In this document: positions 1 through 10,924 of the stretch, in pieces | How the letters are laid out: each line of letters opens with the position of its first letter | Numbering within the stretch: the first letter of the stretch is position 1 | Source: Sminthopsis crassicaudata | Taxonomy: Eukaryota | Assembly: GCF_048593235.1 (NCBI RefSeq) | Contig: NC_133619.1 | Coordinates: 459,509,644 to 459,573,643 of the forward strand | DNA: 64,000 nt | Direction: 5' to 3' | Made by a program: the position numbers and the translations under genes | The notes under the pieces: model-generated | Database searches by the model: none | What the model saw: the letters and a program-made list of their open reading frames with translations, nothing else | What the model was told of the DNA's origin: nothing

Positions 1-205
1 TTAGGAATTCAAGAAAAAGTTGTCAGTAATAATTTCCTAAGTGATTTTTAAAAACCTGTGATTCTTCCCTTATTGGTTTTAATAAAGAGTCACTGCTCCC
101 TAAGCTTGCTTGGAAAATTATTACCTATCAGCAAGACAAAAGACAAATACACAAAGTATTGACAGCAGTAGAAAGTAGGTCCCTTATGGTGGCTATAGAG
201 AAAAG

Positions 206-376
206 NNNNNNNNNNNNNNNNNNNNNNNNNNNNNNNNNNNNNNNNNNNNNNNNNNNNNNNNNNNNNNNNNNNNNNNNNNNNNNNNNNNNNNNNNNNNNNN
301 NNNNNNNNNNNNNNNNNNNNNNNNNNNNNNNNNNNNNNNNNNNNNNNNNNNNNNNNNNNNNNNNNNNNNNNNNNNN
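206..376. other. Assembly gap (171 N)
   Basis: Run of N seen directly. Confidence 0.99.
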
Positions 377-451
377 TTTTGAAGCTTCAAGCTCTATGGA
401 ACTATTGAAAATTCACTCAATTGAAATAAATTCAGAGCAGCTGATTTGATA

Positions 452-580
452 CAATTTCAAGAATTCATAGAACCTTAAGGGTTTTTTGGTTCAATTTGCT
501 CCTTTAATAAATATGGAAAATGAATCCTGAACAGAGAAATTATTTGTACAAGGTCATGCAACTTGTAAGTGATGGAACCA
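452..580 (-). mobile_element. MIR-type CORE-SINE fragment
   Basis: Decayed reverse core (ggaaaatgaatcctg...caaggtcatgcaacttgtaagtgatggaacc). Confidence 0.55.
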
Positions 581-1534
581 AAAATAGAATAATGTTTTTT
601 TGGGTTTTTTTTCTACTAACTGATTAAACCAGATATAGAGGCAAAAACTTATTGATGGCTTTTTTTTTAAAATAAAGACTCCATTTTGCTTGTACTAAAT
701 CAATAATGGTTTTTAGTTGCTCTTAGAATTTTTATAATGTTTGAATTCCCTCAACATATTTCTCCTTCTGTCAAATATAAACATTTCCTTATTGACAGTG
801 ATTGAGCCACAGACTTAGGGTACAATTAAGATTTCTCCACACTACTCCCTCTGAAAAACAAAAGCTGGAGATGAAATTACAATATTTTCTCAGGAGATGG
901 GTATGTCCTCACTATCTTCACCACTTTTACAAAAAGCTTGAGTTGTCAGCAAAATGACAACATTTTTATGTGGTTTTAAGGTATACAAAGCATTTCTCCA
1001 TATTAACAACTCTTTTGATTTTCACCATAGCCCGGCTAGTAATCTCTTAACTTAAGTCTCAGGTGTTTTACCACTACCCTAATGATATTGGTTTTTTAAA
1101 ATGTAATCTTAAAACTTTGGAGAGATAAAAATTCACAGAATTAAATAGAAAGATTATAATCCAAAACCAGGATATTGTACGCTCTAGGGCAAATCCGGGG
1201 TTGCTCCCTAGACAAATACCACTTAATAGACCAAAGGATTTACAGGGAAAAGAAGTTCACACTCTGTGTGAAGTATAATTAACAAGGAGAAAGAAAGACA
1301 AACTGGCCATTTAAGGTTAAAAACCACAGAGAGAGGACCTGTTATGCTATGTAACTGAAGTTTTGGATGATGGCACTACTTATCAGCAACCTATTCATTT
1401 TGGAATTTTTTTTTAAAAGACCATCAATGCAATGGAGAAATCATCTCAGTTCTGAGGGACACTTTTGGAGGGAAAAGATATGGAAAAATAATTCAGATTT
1501 CAAAAGCTTATGGGCTCAACTTAGAGTTGCATGT

Positions 1535-1732
1535 NNNNNNNNNNNNNNNNNNNNNNNNNNNNNNNNNNNNNNNNNNNNNNNNNNNNNNNNNNNNNNNNNN
1601 NNNNNNNNNNNNNNNNNNNNNNNNNNNNNNNNNNNNNNNNNNNNNNNNNNNNNNNNNNNNNNNNNNNNNNNNNNNNNNNNNNNNNNNNNNNNNNNNNNNN
1701 NNNNNNNNNNNNNNNNNNNNNNNNNNNNNNNN
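1535..1732. other. Assembly gap (198 N)
   Basis: Run of N seen directly. Confidence 0.99.
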
Positions 1733-2544
1733 AATGTAAAGCAATCCTAACCATTTCTTAACTTGAGGCAGAGATCCTGCTACAGTGTTATTCCAAGCAA
1801 CATGTATTTAAAACTAATATACAGTAGAGTGGATAGCCAGAGGCTGAAGCAGTTGAATGAAACTAATGTACAGTTTATTAAAACATAACACATTGTAAGT
1901 GTAGGATTTGGTTTTCTTGATTCCCAGTACTGTGAAAAAAAGAATAGAGACATCACATTTTACAGTTCCACTCTTCTGGTATTTTGTGGGTTGTTTTTCT
2001 TTTCTTTTTTTAAAAATTCTCTTTATACTAAGAAGAAATCCTTCAACCTGTCAAAGAATGAAAAAAGTACAAGTAAAAGAAATCAAACACATGTGACAGA
2101 TCACATAGTTCAAATTTAACCTAAACCATATTACTAGTTCCCATTTCAGTGCTTAGCACACCTGTTTTATTTGTACCATAATAAATTTACTCCTATATGT
2201 TCTAAGGGTCTTTTTATTAATAAAAAGGGTTCCATGATCAAGGTCTCTGGAATTGTAATTTAAATCATGCCATTGTGGAATTCCTGGGACACCTATCCAA
2301 GAGAGTCCTGCTAGCAAATAATTTTGCAGCACAAATGACCTCCTGTTCCTTGTGAGGTAACTCTGATTTTGATTTGTGCTAAATATTGTGTAGAATAGAA
2401 ACCCCTATTACTCTTAATATGTAGGGAGATATCTTCTGCTGATATAATAAGAGCTGAAAAAAAATGTGATTTTTTTTTCAAAAACTGAGAGCTCTATGCT
2501 TTTTTCTGTCTTCATTCACACTTTTGATAATCCCTTGAGTTTTT

Positions 2545-2650
2545 ATAGATTGATAAATTTATAACCTTTATAGGGTTGGACCCAAAGAAGACATGAAATC
2601 CAAGCTTATCATTTTATAGATGAGGAAACTGAGGACCAAAATGTGAAGTG
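2545..2650 (-). mobile_element. MIR/MIR3 CORE-SINE fragment
   Basis: Reverse core cattttatagatgaggaaactgagg. Confidence 0.75.
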
Positions 2651-2659
2651 ATTCCTGTG

Positions 2660-3396
2660 ATTATTCCTAAAGCTTCATACACATTTCTCATTACTCTCTT
2701 GAACTCCAGTTTAATATCTTCAACTGCATATTAAAATTTTCTAACTAAATACACTATAGGAATTTCAAGTTCAATTTGTCTAAAACAGAACTCGTTTTCT
2801 TTCCCTTAAGCCCGCTACTCTTACTTTCTCAATTTCTTTTGTGAGTATTGCTATTGTTCTTTAGACTCAAGTTCACAAACTCAGTCATCCTTGATTTGTT
2901 CCTCTCTCTCATTTAACATAATTGATCACTTGCCAACTCCTGTACATTCTAATGCTTCAACATCTCTCAGAGGCATCTCATTTTCTTCACCCACAAAGCA
3001 ATCCAGGAATTTGTCACTTTTTGCTTAGACTATTGCAATGGATGCCTAATTGTTCTCCCCACCTCAAGTCTATCCAGATCCAAATCCATTACCCAAGTCT
3101 ACTCAAGAAGATCCAATTGATCTTCATTATTTTTAGGAGAAAGTACCAATTCCTCCATTTAGCATTTAAAGTCCTTTGCAATGTCTCTTCAGGATGTCTT
3201 TTTGGCCCATTTACATATTACTTCACATCTCGAACTCTTTCTTAATTCCTCTAATTGTTAATTATTCCATCCCTTCTTCTTTAAAGGTTTATTTTGTATA
3301 TGTCTTGTCCTTACTATAAGTGAATGTGTACCCTGAGAGCACAGCATAATGCCAAAAATATAGTAAGTAATTAACAAATGCTTATTGATTGACTGA
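2660..3396 (+). mobile_element. L2 LINE 3' region
   Basis: L2-like pyrimidine-rich 3' body (caatttgtctaaaacagaactc...) ending in the typical tail cagcataatgcc...aacaaatgcttattgattgactga. Confidence 0.75.
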
Positions 3397-3544
3397 GATA
3401 GAATTATATTGGCAATTGTACTAAAAAACTCAGGGAAGTTGTATATTTCTGATTAGCTCATTTTACCTTCCAGCTGAAGGATATAGAATTTTGAATTTAA
3501 TTCAAGAACTAATAGACAGTATTATCATTTATATTTAGTTATTC

Positions 3545-3640
3545 CCTAAATATTTATTAAGCAAGAGTGTAGGGCACTGTGAAAAATACTGGATGAGAAT
3601 TTAAAATCTAAACAATTTGCTCCTACCCTCACAGGAACAA
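3545..3640 (-). mobile_element. L2 3' terminus
   Basis: Reverse tail aaatatttattaagca...ggcactgtg. Confidence 0.55.
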
Positions 3641-3827
3641 GAAAGAATAAAGAGTATAAAATATATACAATTATATAGAATATACAATATTATCTGATAA
3701 ATTTATCAGGGTTATACTTCTAAGAAAGAGTGTCCATTCCATGTTGTCTGATTCCTTTTCCCTCAGACTCTGTATTCAGTTTTGCCTTCAATGGTTTCTC
3801 TATTGGGAGCTCCAACCCTCATGCATT

Positions 3828-4200
3828 TTAAAAAATTTTTTGATTAAAGCTTTTTATTTTCAAAACATATGAATGGATAATTTCAACATTGATCCTTGAA
3901 AAAGTTTGTGTTCCAAATTTTCCCCTCCTTCTCCACTCCCTCCCATAGATGACAAATAATTCGATATATATTAAATATGTTAAATCCAATATATGTATAC
4001 ATATTTATACAATTATCTTGCTGCACAACAAAATTCAGGTCAAAAAGGAAAAAAAAATAAGAAAACAAAATGCAAGCAAACAGCAAGAAAAAGAGTGAAA
4101 ATTCTAGATTGTGATACACACTCAGTTCCCATCATCCTCTCTTTGAGTATAGAAGGCTCTCTTCACCATAAAATCATTGGAATTGGCCTCAATCACCTGA
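3828..4200 (-). mobile_element. Marsupial L1 3' UTR fragment
   Basis: Reverse of the marsupial L1 end (aaagctttttattttcaaaacatatg...ttccaaattttcccctcc...gctgcacaa); same family as the sense copy at 47038-47714. Confidence 0.85.
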
Positions 4201-4309
4201 CTCATTTTTAATGGCCATTAAACCCAATTTGGGAACCCTGGTTTCTAGTCATGGTTTTTCTGCTCAGTGAACTTGGACAAATCAGTTTATAACTGATAGT
4301 TATAGAAAG

Positions 4310-4560
4310 TCATAGAAAAGACTATAGATAGTCATAGAAAGAATGATCTCTAAGAAACCTCAGTCCTCTTCACTTTACAGATGAGGACACTTTCACATAA
4401 ATATCAAATAACAAAGTCAGAATTTGAATCCAGTTCTTCTGATTTCAAATCCAGCATTCTTTCTACTCTTGTCTCTGAAATTCAAGTTTCTTAGTTGCAA
4501 AATGAGGAGTGTAGAATAGCTAATGAATGTTAGAATTCTTTACAACTCAATCTTTTAATG
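4310..4560. mobile_element. Cluster of MIR-type fragments
   Basis: ctttacagatgaggacac core, then an opposite-strand gtttcttagttgcaaaatgagg core. Confidence 0.55.
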
Positions 4561-4869
4561 ATTCTGTGATTATAGGAACTAAACTACTGCCTTTACAATA
4601 GTCATTTCCCCCAGCATTTAAAAACATTTCACTATACAGTGAGTTTCTATATAGTGTCTCTCAAGATTATTCATGATTATAGAAATTAAACCATTACTAA
4701 TATAAGCCTTATTTCATGAAGATGTTTTGGCAAAACTTTAAGGAATAGCAACTGAGACATTTTAAGTAAATCTTGTCAATTAAAATTTCTCTTCAATAAA
4801 ATGTTTTCCAGGTAAGGAGATTTCTTTCTCCTCTGAACAACAGCTAAAAAGTGTTTCCTTACCATCCCC

Positions 4870-5480
4870 CTACCCTAAAGGGTTAGAGTTATAAAGGACT
4901 ATAATTAAGTTCTTAGTGACATAGGTGACAAATTTGCCCAGAGATGTGGGGGAAATGCCAAGGGAGGGGGGGATGTGCAGCTTTGCTTCCAGTTCCAGAC
5001 GCATCTGCTGGTTCTCCCGTTCTCCAGCATGTGCCTCAAAGTGAGAGAGTTGGAAGAGTGAGAAGTCTGTTGCCAAGTGGGAGCTGTGTGTGCCAGCTCT
5101 ATTTTCGGCACCCGGTTTTTGAATTGTTTAAAAGGCATATTGTTTGTGTACATCTCACAAAGGAAAATGCCAACTATAAATGCCCTGGGGCTGCTTGTAT
5201 GTCAAATGATTAAATCTTTAAGTCTTCCAGTCATGGGGTCATTATCAATGGTACTTCCAGGTCAGGTTAATGCACAGCAGTGTTTGAGGCAATGGTTGAC
5301 CTTTTGACAGCACTTCAGGGGAACACAGTTTCTCAGGGCATAAATAATCATTTTTAATTTGTTTGTGCAAGCTCTATTTGTTTAAGAATGCAAATGTATT
5401 ATAACATATGTGATTTAAGGATATTCATTTGGGAAAAAGAAGCCGTTTTGCTAACATTTCCCTCTTAAACTAACTTTCCA
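4870..5480. promoter_or_regulatory. Candidate enhancer / conserved non-coding element
   Basis: TE-free, higher-GC segment. Contains E-box CATCTG 5002-5007, AP-2-type GCCCTGGGGC 5182-5191, NR half-sites 5236-5241, 5259-5264 and 5297-5302, several TGTTT FOX cores, and octamer ATGCAAAT 5388-5395. Function is inferred only. Confidence 0.4.
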
Positions 5481-5823
5481 AACAAAATGCTTAATGAAGA
5501 GGAAAATGACAGAATAAGTAATAATTATAAAGAATACTCAATCCTCTCATCTCCCATACTTGGAAATGCTAGATAAGTTTGTAATAGGCTCAAGCTTATT
5601 TTATTTTGGAATGGTAATGTATGAATTACTTGGTAAAGAGAATAAGCTTTAAGATCCTAATTTGGATAGTAGATATTTACATAATGAATTAATGAAGCTT
5701 TTAGACATCATTCCATGACCTACTTAATATTTGCTTTAAATAAATCTTAAAAGCATATTTTAATTTAATTTTTATTCTTTTAGGAGGAGGGATAATCATG
5801 GTTCTGTTTTTTCTTCTTCTTCT

Positions 5824-5828
<5 letters not shown>

Positions 5829-5857
<29 letters not shown>
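5829..5857. repeat. Poly(T)29 with adjacent (TTC)n
   Basis: Seen directly. Confidence 0.95.
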
Positions 5858-6339
5858 GTACAGAATGATTCATTTTCTTTTGCCATGCTAGTGAGTCTTT
5901 AAATTCCTTTCTTCCTCCTTTCTTGTTACTCCAGTGGGTGTTAAAATCAAATTTTGGTGAAAAAGTAGTGATAGAGTCATGAAATCATGAAAAATAATGT
6001 TCAGAGGATAGATAGAGGATAGGTTTTGGAGTCCAGATAATCTGGATTCGAGTTCTTCATCAGTTACATCATGACTGATTGATTAAGGGCTAACCACAAC
6101 CTCTCAGTGCACTAAGTATTAGGTTTAGACCAAAAGTCAAAAAAAAGTTGCCAATTTTCATCACTGGATCAACTTTTCCCACCAGAAGCTATTGATGGTT
6201 CTTTACACTTTTGTCAGAACAAAAAACAACCAATTAACCAAAAAACCAAATAATCTAGTCCCTCCTAGAAACATAAATCCTTTTCTTGTCAAGTGGTCAT
6301 TCAGCTCTGCTCAAATCAAGATAACTTTAGCAGATATTT

Positions 6340-6650
6340 TTATTACCAACCAATCAATGATCATTAAAGAAGGGTTTATTATATACCTACCATACAGGTG
6401 CTAAGCACTGGAGGCACAAAATAAAGAAAAAGTTGTTCTTGCCATCAAAAAACATATTTTATGTATTGTATATAGAGAGTACTTACCATCATCTGTGAAA
6501 AATAAGTTATGGTTCCTGCTCTCATTTCAACTTATTAGGATTGCAAACATTTATAATTGACTGTAATCTACACTGAAACATGATGAGTATGTAAGGAAAG
6601 TACAAACCCAATGTTAGGTGAATTTAGGAGGGATAAATCACTTTCAGTGA
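6340..6650 (-). mobile_element. L2 3' end fragments
   Basis: caatcaat...tttattatatacctaccatacaggtgctaagcactgg reverse tail. Confidence 0.6.
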
Positions 6651-7344
6651 TCATTATGTTAAGTTAGCACATTCTGTTTTCCAAATTAATTGTCAAGTAG
6701 TTTCTCAAATTATCTAATTTGTCGCCCTGTAACTTTTACCTATTAATCCTAATTCTGCCCTCTAGATCAACTTGGAATAATTCTAATCTCTTTCTCATGG
6801 AACTATTTCAAATATTTTGGAAGGCAGCTATAAAAACCTTCTATATCTTTTTTTTTTTAAATAAACACACCCATTTTTTTTCAGTAAGTATGCACATAAT
6901 GTAGATTTGATTTCCCTTACCTTTCTACACATCTTTCTCTGTACCACTTACAGCTTGTTAATGGTCTTCTTAATAGTTTCCACACCCAAATACAAATATG
7001 AGAGTACAGGGGAACAATACTCCCTTTTTTTCCGGATATTTCATTTTTTTGAGAGCCAGTATGCATATTGAATAGAAAATGGAACTCAGGGATCTAGGTG
7101 CAGTCTTGTTTTTGATGAAGTTTCTAGCTGAGGCCCTGCATAAATCACTTAACCACTTTTGAAGATTGTAAGTTGAAGAGGAGATGCCAATTTTCATGGG
7201 TAGCAATAGTTTTCTCAACCAGTGATTATATTAACCCTATATTTGTATTAAAGCTATTAAAGCTATTAAAGATGCTTTTTTGGCAACCAGAGAACATCAC
7301 TTAATAAATAAATTCACTCAAATAAAAATTCCTGGGACTTTTTA

Positions 7345-7560
7345 TATTAATTGCTCTTTTGCAGTAGGTAAAATACTGAATCTATAATCAATAAGACCTG
7401 AGTTAAAATCTAGTCTTAGATATTAGTCATGTGACTTGGAGCAAGTTTACATAATTGCAAAATGGAGAAAAATAATAGCACTTACTTCCCAGTACCGTGA
7501 GGATAAAATAGGAAATTTGTAAAGTATTTAACACCATCCCTGGCATGTAGTAGGCACCTA
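7345..7560 (+). mobile_element. MIR SINE
   Basis: gacctgagttaaaatctag...gtgacttggagcaag...aaaatggagaaaataatagcacttacttcc. Confidence 0.7.
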
Positions 7561-7589
7561 ATAACTTTATTTTTTCCTTTGTTGCCATG

Positions 7590-8067
7590 TTATTTTCCAT
7601 TTGAAATTTAACTTAATTTTTGAGCCTAATTATAAAACTTGATATTTATTCTGATAAAAGTTCTTAGACATTGCCAGCCTATTGTTCCAGCCTAAAAACT
7701 TTGCATTTCTACTTTTGCCAACCAATGAGTTATCAATTCTTCTCACTTTTATATTATTTAGAAATTTGATAAATGTCCCTTCTATACTTTTGTTGAAAAC
7801 TGATCTTTGGCATGCTGCCAAAGATTCTGCCCGCTATTTTTATTAATCATTCTTTGAATGTAGATGTGCAGCTCATTGTAGATCCACACAACTATATGCT
7901 TATCAACCATCTCATACTTTTGTATCTGACCCACCAAGAATACCAAGAGATGATATGTCAGAAGTTTTAGTGAAATTTAGACTCTATATCATGTGTTTCA
8001 ATGTAATATTCTAACAGTCTAGTGATACTGTCAGAAATGGAAGGGAAGTTGTCCTAATATGATTTAT

Positions 8068-8103
<36 letters not shown>

Positions 8104-8600
8104 AGGCTGGGGTTAAGTGACTTGCCCAGGGTCACACAGCCAGGAAGTGTTAAGTGTCTGAGATCAGATTTGAACTCCGGTCCTCCTGAATTCAAGGCTG
8201 GTGCTCTATCCACTGTGCCACGTAGCTGCTCCCCACATGATTTATTCTTAGTAAATATGTTGGCTCATAGTCATCATTGCTTCCTTTTCTAGATGATCAC
8301 AACTATCCATATAATGTGTTATGGAATTCTGTGAAGTCTTAAATCAGGTTCACAGATTTTTGATATGCAGAATCCACCTCTTCCACACCCCAATCTTTTT
8401 AACACTCTTTCTGTTTCCATGGTCCCTCAAAGATTTCATGAAGTTTTTTGTACTTTGTATCTGAAAAGTCTTTTAGTTCTTTGGAATGTAATTCACCAAG
8501 GCTAGGTGATTTGAACTCATCTAAGTGCCAGTTATATGATTACCCGATTTTCTCATTCATTTTCTTTTTAATGATGTTTCTTATAATCTTCCTGGTCTGA
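7590..8600 (-). mobile_element. L3/CR1 LINE fragment (RT region), interrupted by WSINE1
   Basis: Matches the reverse CR1 RT region (ccaccaagaataccaagagatgatatgtcagaagttttagtgaaatttag...); continues across the SINE insertion. Confidence 0.7.
8072..8236 (-). mobile_element. WSINE1 (young tRNA-derived CORE-SINE) with poly(A) tail and 13-bp TSD
   Basis: Reverse reads ggggagcagctacgtggcacagtggatagagcacc...gagttcaaatc...aaccccagcctc(A)n. TSD atgatttattctt at 8059-8071 and 8237-8249. Confidence 0.93.
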
Positions 8601-8894
8601 AGCCCCAATATTTCAGACTACAAGGCTCCTGAAATATCTCACACAGGTGTGCATGAATAAATGGGGAAGGGCTCAAAATGCATGTGCAGGTGTGTTTGTG
8701 TATACACGTATATGTATGCATATATATTTACCTTTTGTATTTTTTATTTTGGAAATACTACATGCATTTAATAAATTATATGTGCACATATACATATATA
8801 ATCAAAGATGCAGCTGCCACTAACTTTTCCCACAGTGTTTATCATTCCCCCAAACCATACATATTTTCTTTTATCTATGCTAAATAGCTTAGTG

Positions 8895-9099
8895 TAGAGC
8901 TGTCAAACTCAGGTTGGGATCTGACTCCTCTTCAAACTAGAATAAAATGTAATTGGGAAACATTTAACAAAATTTTTGAAATACAATATAGATAATGTTA
9001 GTTTGTATATATAGTATACTAATTTGTGTATAGATAATATTAATTTAGAAAATATGTAGCCTGCAAGTATTTTGTTTCTATTTGAGTTTAATGTAGTAG
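8895..9099. mobile_element. Old hAT-type MITE
   Basis: Decayed inverted ends gctgtcaaactca / tatttgagtttaatgtagt and an AT-rich body typical of marsupial non-autonomous hAT elements. Confidence 0.55.
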
Positions 9100-9255
9100 A
9101 TAGAGCACTGGTTCTAGAATTAGAAAACCTGTGTTTGAATCTTTATTAACTTGTTAGATATGTAATCTTGGGCAATTAACCTTTCAACTTACCCCAGTTT
9201 TCCATCTTTAAGATGGAATATTTACTTTATAGGGGAAATGAAATATGTAAAGCTC
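9100..9255 (+). mobile_element. MIR SINE
   Basis: tagatagagcactggttctagaattagaaaacctgtgtttgaatc...cagttttccatctttaagatgg. Confidence 0.7.
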
Positions 9256-10444
9256 TTTAATTCTTTTTTTTTTCTTTTCCTTCTCCTTCTCCTTCTTCAT
9301 TATTACTCCAGTCACTCTGTAAGGCATCATAGTAAATAAAATTTTTCAAGACACACAAACAATATAGGATAATGCAGCTATATATGCACAGAGAAAGGCA
9401 TTGACATAGAGAAGCTATTTGAAGCCACATGGTTCTGCTCCCAAAAAAAGTCATACCTGGCTCTCCTGCTTTTTCTCTTTGTCAAGACAGTAAGTTCAGT
9501 GCTTAAAGATTAGGTACCAATTTAGAAACACTAGTCCAAAGTTTCTTATTCTCCTGGTTTTGATCTACTGCCTGACAATAGCCGCAGAGGAAGAAAAAGG
9601 CAGATGCTTCCTTCTTATTCCTGTCAATGAATCATCCTGGCTTTTTGTCTAGAGTAACAATATCCTCTATTTGTTGAGGAATATCACAGTTTCTGAAGAA
9701 GTAAAGTCATGAGTCATCCAAAGAACAAAAGCCTGGTACATGGTAAGAACTGATAGTTTGCCACGTGTTACTATAGAATCGTTTATGAGAAGTAGCATAA
9801 ATGATGTTATGTGATGTCAGATTAGAAAAGATGTGCTTCTAGTGTAGTGAGAGGCAACTTTAACAACTGGACACTTGGTCAGCATCCAACCAATGTTAAG
9901 AAATCTAGACAAAAAAAAAAACAACAATATGTTGTGTGGACCACCTGTGACTGATTTATGGGGGCATACAGACCAGAGCAAAACAGGATGAATAAGAGAG
10001 AAAGTTCAAATCCATGATATCACATACGTAACATCTTAATCTTTATTTGAAGGGACTTTCTTTACTGTTCATTTCCTGGAAAGAAGGATAGTATCTGTCC
10101 TCCCTGTAGATACCTCCAGGGAATGCAAAGGCCACAACATGTGGTTCAGACTCTCTTGGTTAGCCACTTCCCCACTGTTAATTATTGAGTACATAAAGAT
10201 ATCTTCCTTTTCTTCACATTCTATGTCAAATGTTCACTTCTTATAAAACCTCCTTTTCGCTTTTTCTCAAAAGGGACCACTTGTGCTAAAGACTATTCTA
10301 ATAATTTCTTCTCCGTCTTTTGCATCTTCACTTTGTTCCAAGGGAGTCATACTGCTTCTGCAGTTTTTTCCTGCCACAATTTCTTCACCAAGAACAGAGG
10401 TCTAAACACTAAGGTCTATTCACTCTATATTTACTAGCTCTCAC

Positions 10445-10615
10445 AGATTAGAATCACAAGATAATAGATTAAGTGGAAGAAGAGATCTAAAAGATCTCTT
10501 CTTTTTATAGATGAGGAAACTAACTTCGAAAGAGGTAAAGTAACTCAAGAATCTCATATGTAGTAGATGATCCCACTGCTATTATTCAAGTGCAGGATTT
10601 GAATGCAATTCCCAA
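10445..10615 (-). mobile_element. MIR3-type SINE
   Basis: ttttatagatgaggaaactaac core with the MIR3-like agaatcacaagat end. Confidence 0.65.
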
Positions 10616-10924
10616 TCCAATATAGTTTCTTTTGTCTTCTGCAGATGATTTTGAGATTGGATTTTTGATGCAATAGTAATGTCATAATTGGTTCTTTGTA
10701 TAAACCTGATCAGTGAAAGAGTTAAAGAGAATATTATAGCTTGATCCGAAGAGGATAAGGAATAATTGAAGCTGATTAAACAAGGAGGTGATATGATCAA
10801 AATTGTGCTTTCGGAAATTCATTTTGGCAGCTGAATAGAGGATGGATTGGAATGGGGAAAAACTTGAGGCAAGAAGAACAACTGGAAAGTTGTTACAGGA
10901 TAGCAGATTATAAATTTGAAAAGA

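Noticed and set aside
159-1761. ORFs spanning N runs (also 11513-11940)
   Set aside because: They are open only because N codons cannot be stops.
2328-2380. Hairpin AGCACAAAT...ATTTGTGCT as pre-miRNA
   Set aside because: Only a 9-bp outer stem with a large asymmetric bulge.
4800-4820. Isolated strong donors (CAG|GTAAGG at 4812; minus-strand sites near 6920 and 34950)
   Set aside because: No paired acceptor or ORF; expected by chance in 64 kb.
4948-4973. G-quadruplex candidates (also 24884-24900, 25517-25539)
   Set aside because: Do not meet four G3 runs with short loops without splitting runs or using long loops.
5701-5886. Poly-Lys/Arg, poly-Phe, (YI)n and (CV)n ORFs (also 8059, 18277, 18362, 25346, 37128, 39624, 48322, 60334)
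   Set aside because: Translations of homopolymers and microsatellites.
8103-8236. tRNA gene (A/B boxes present; also 13775-13903)
   Set aside because: The boxes belong to WSINE1 heads; no cloverleaf, and there are CORE domains, A tails and TSDs.
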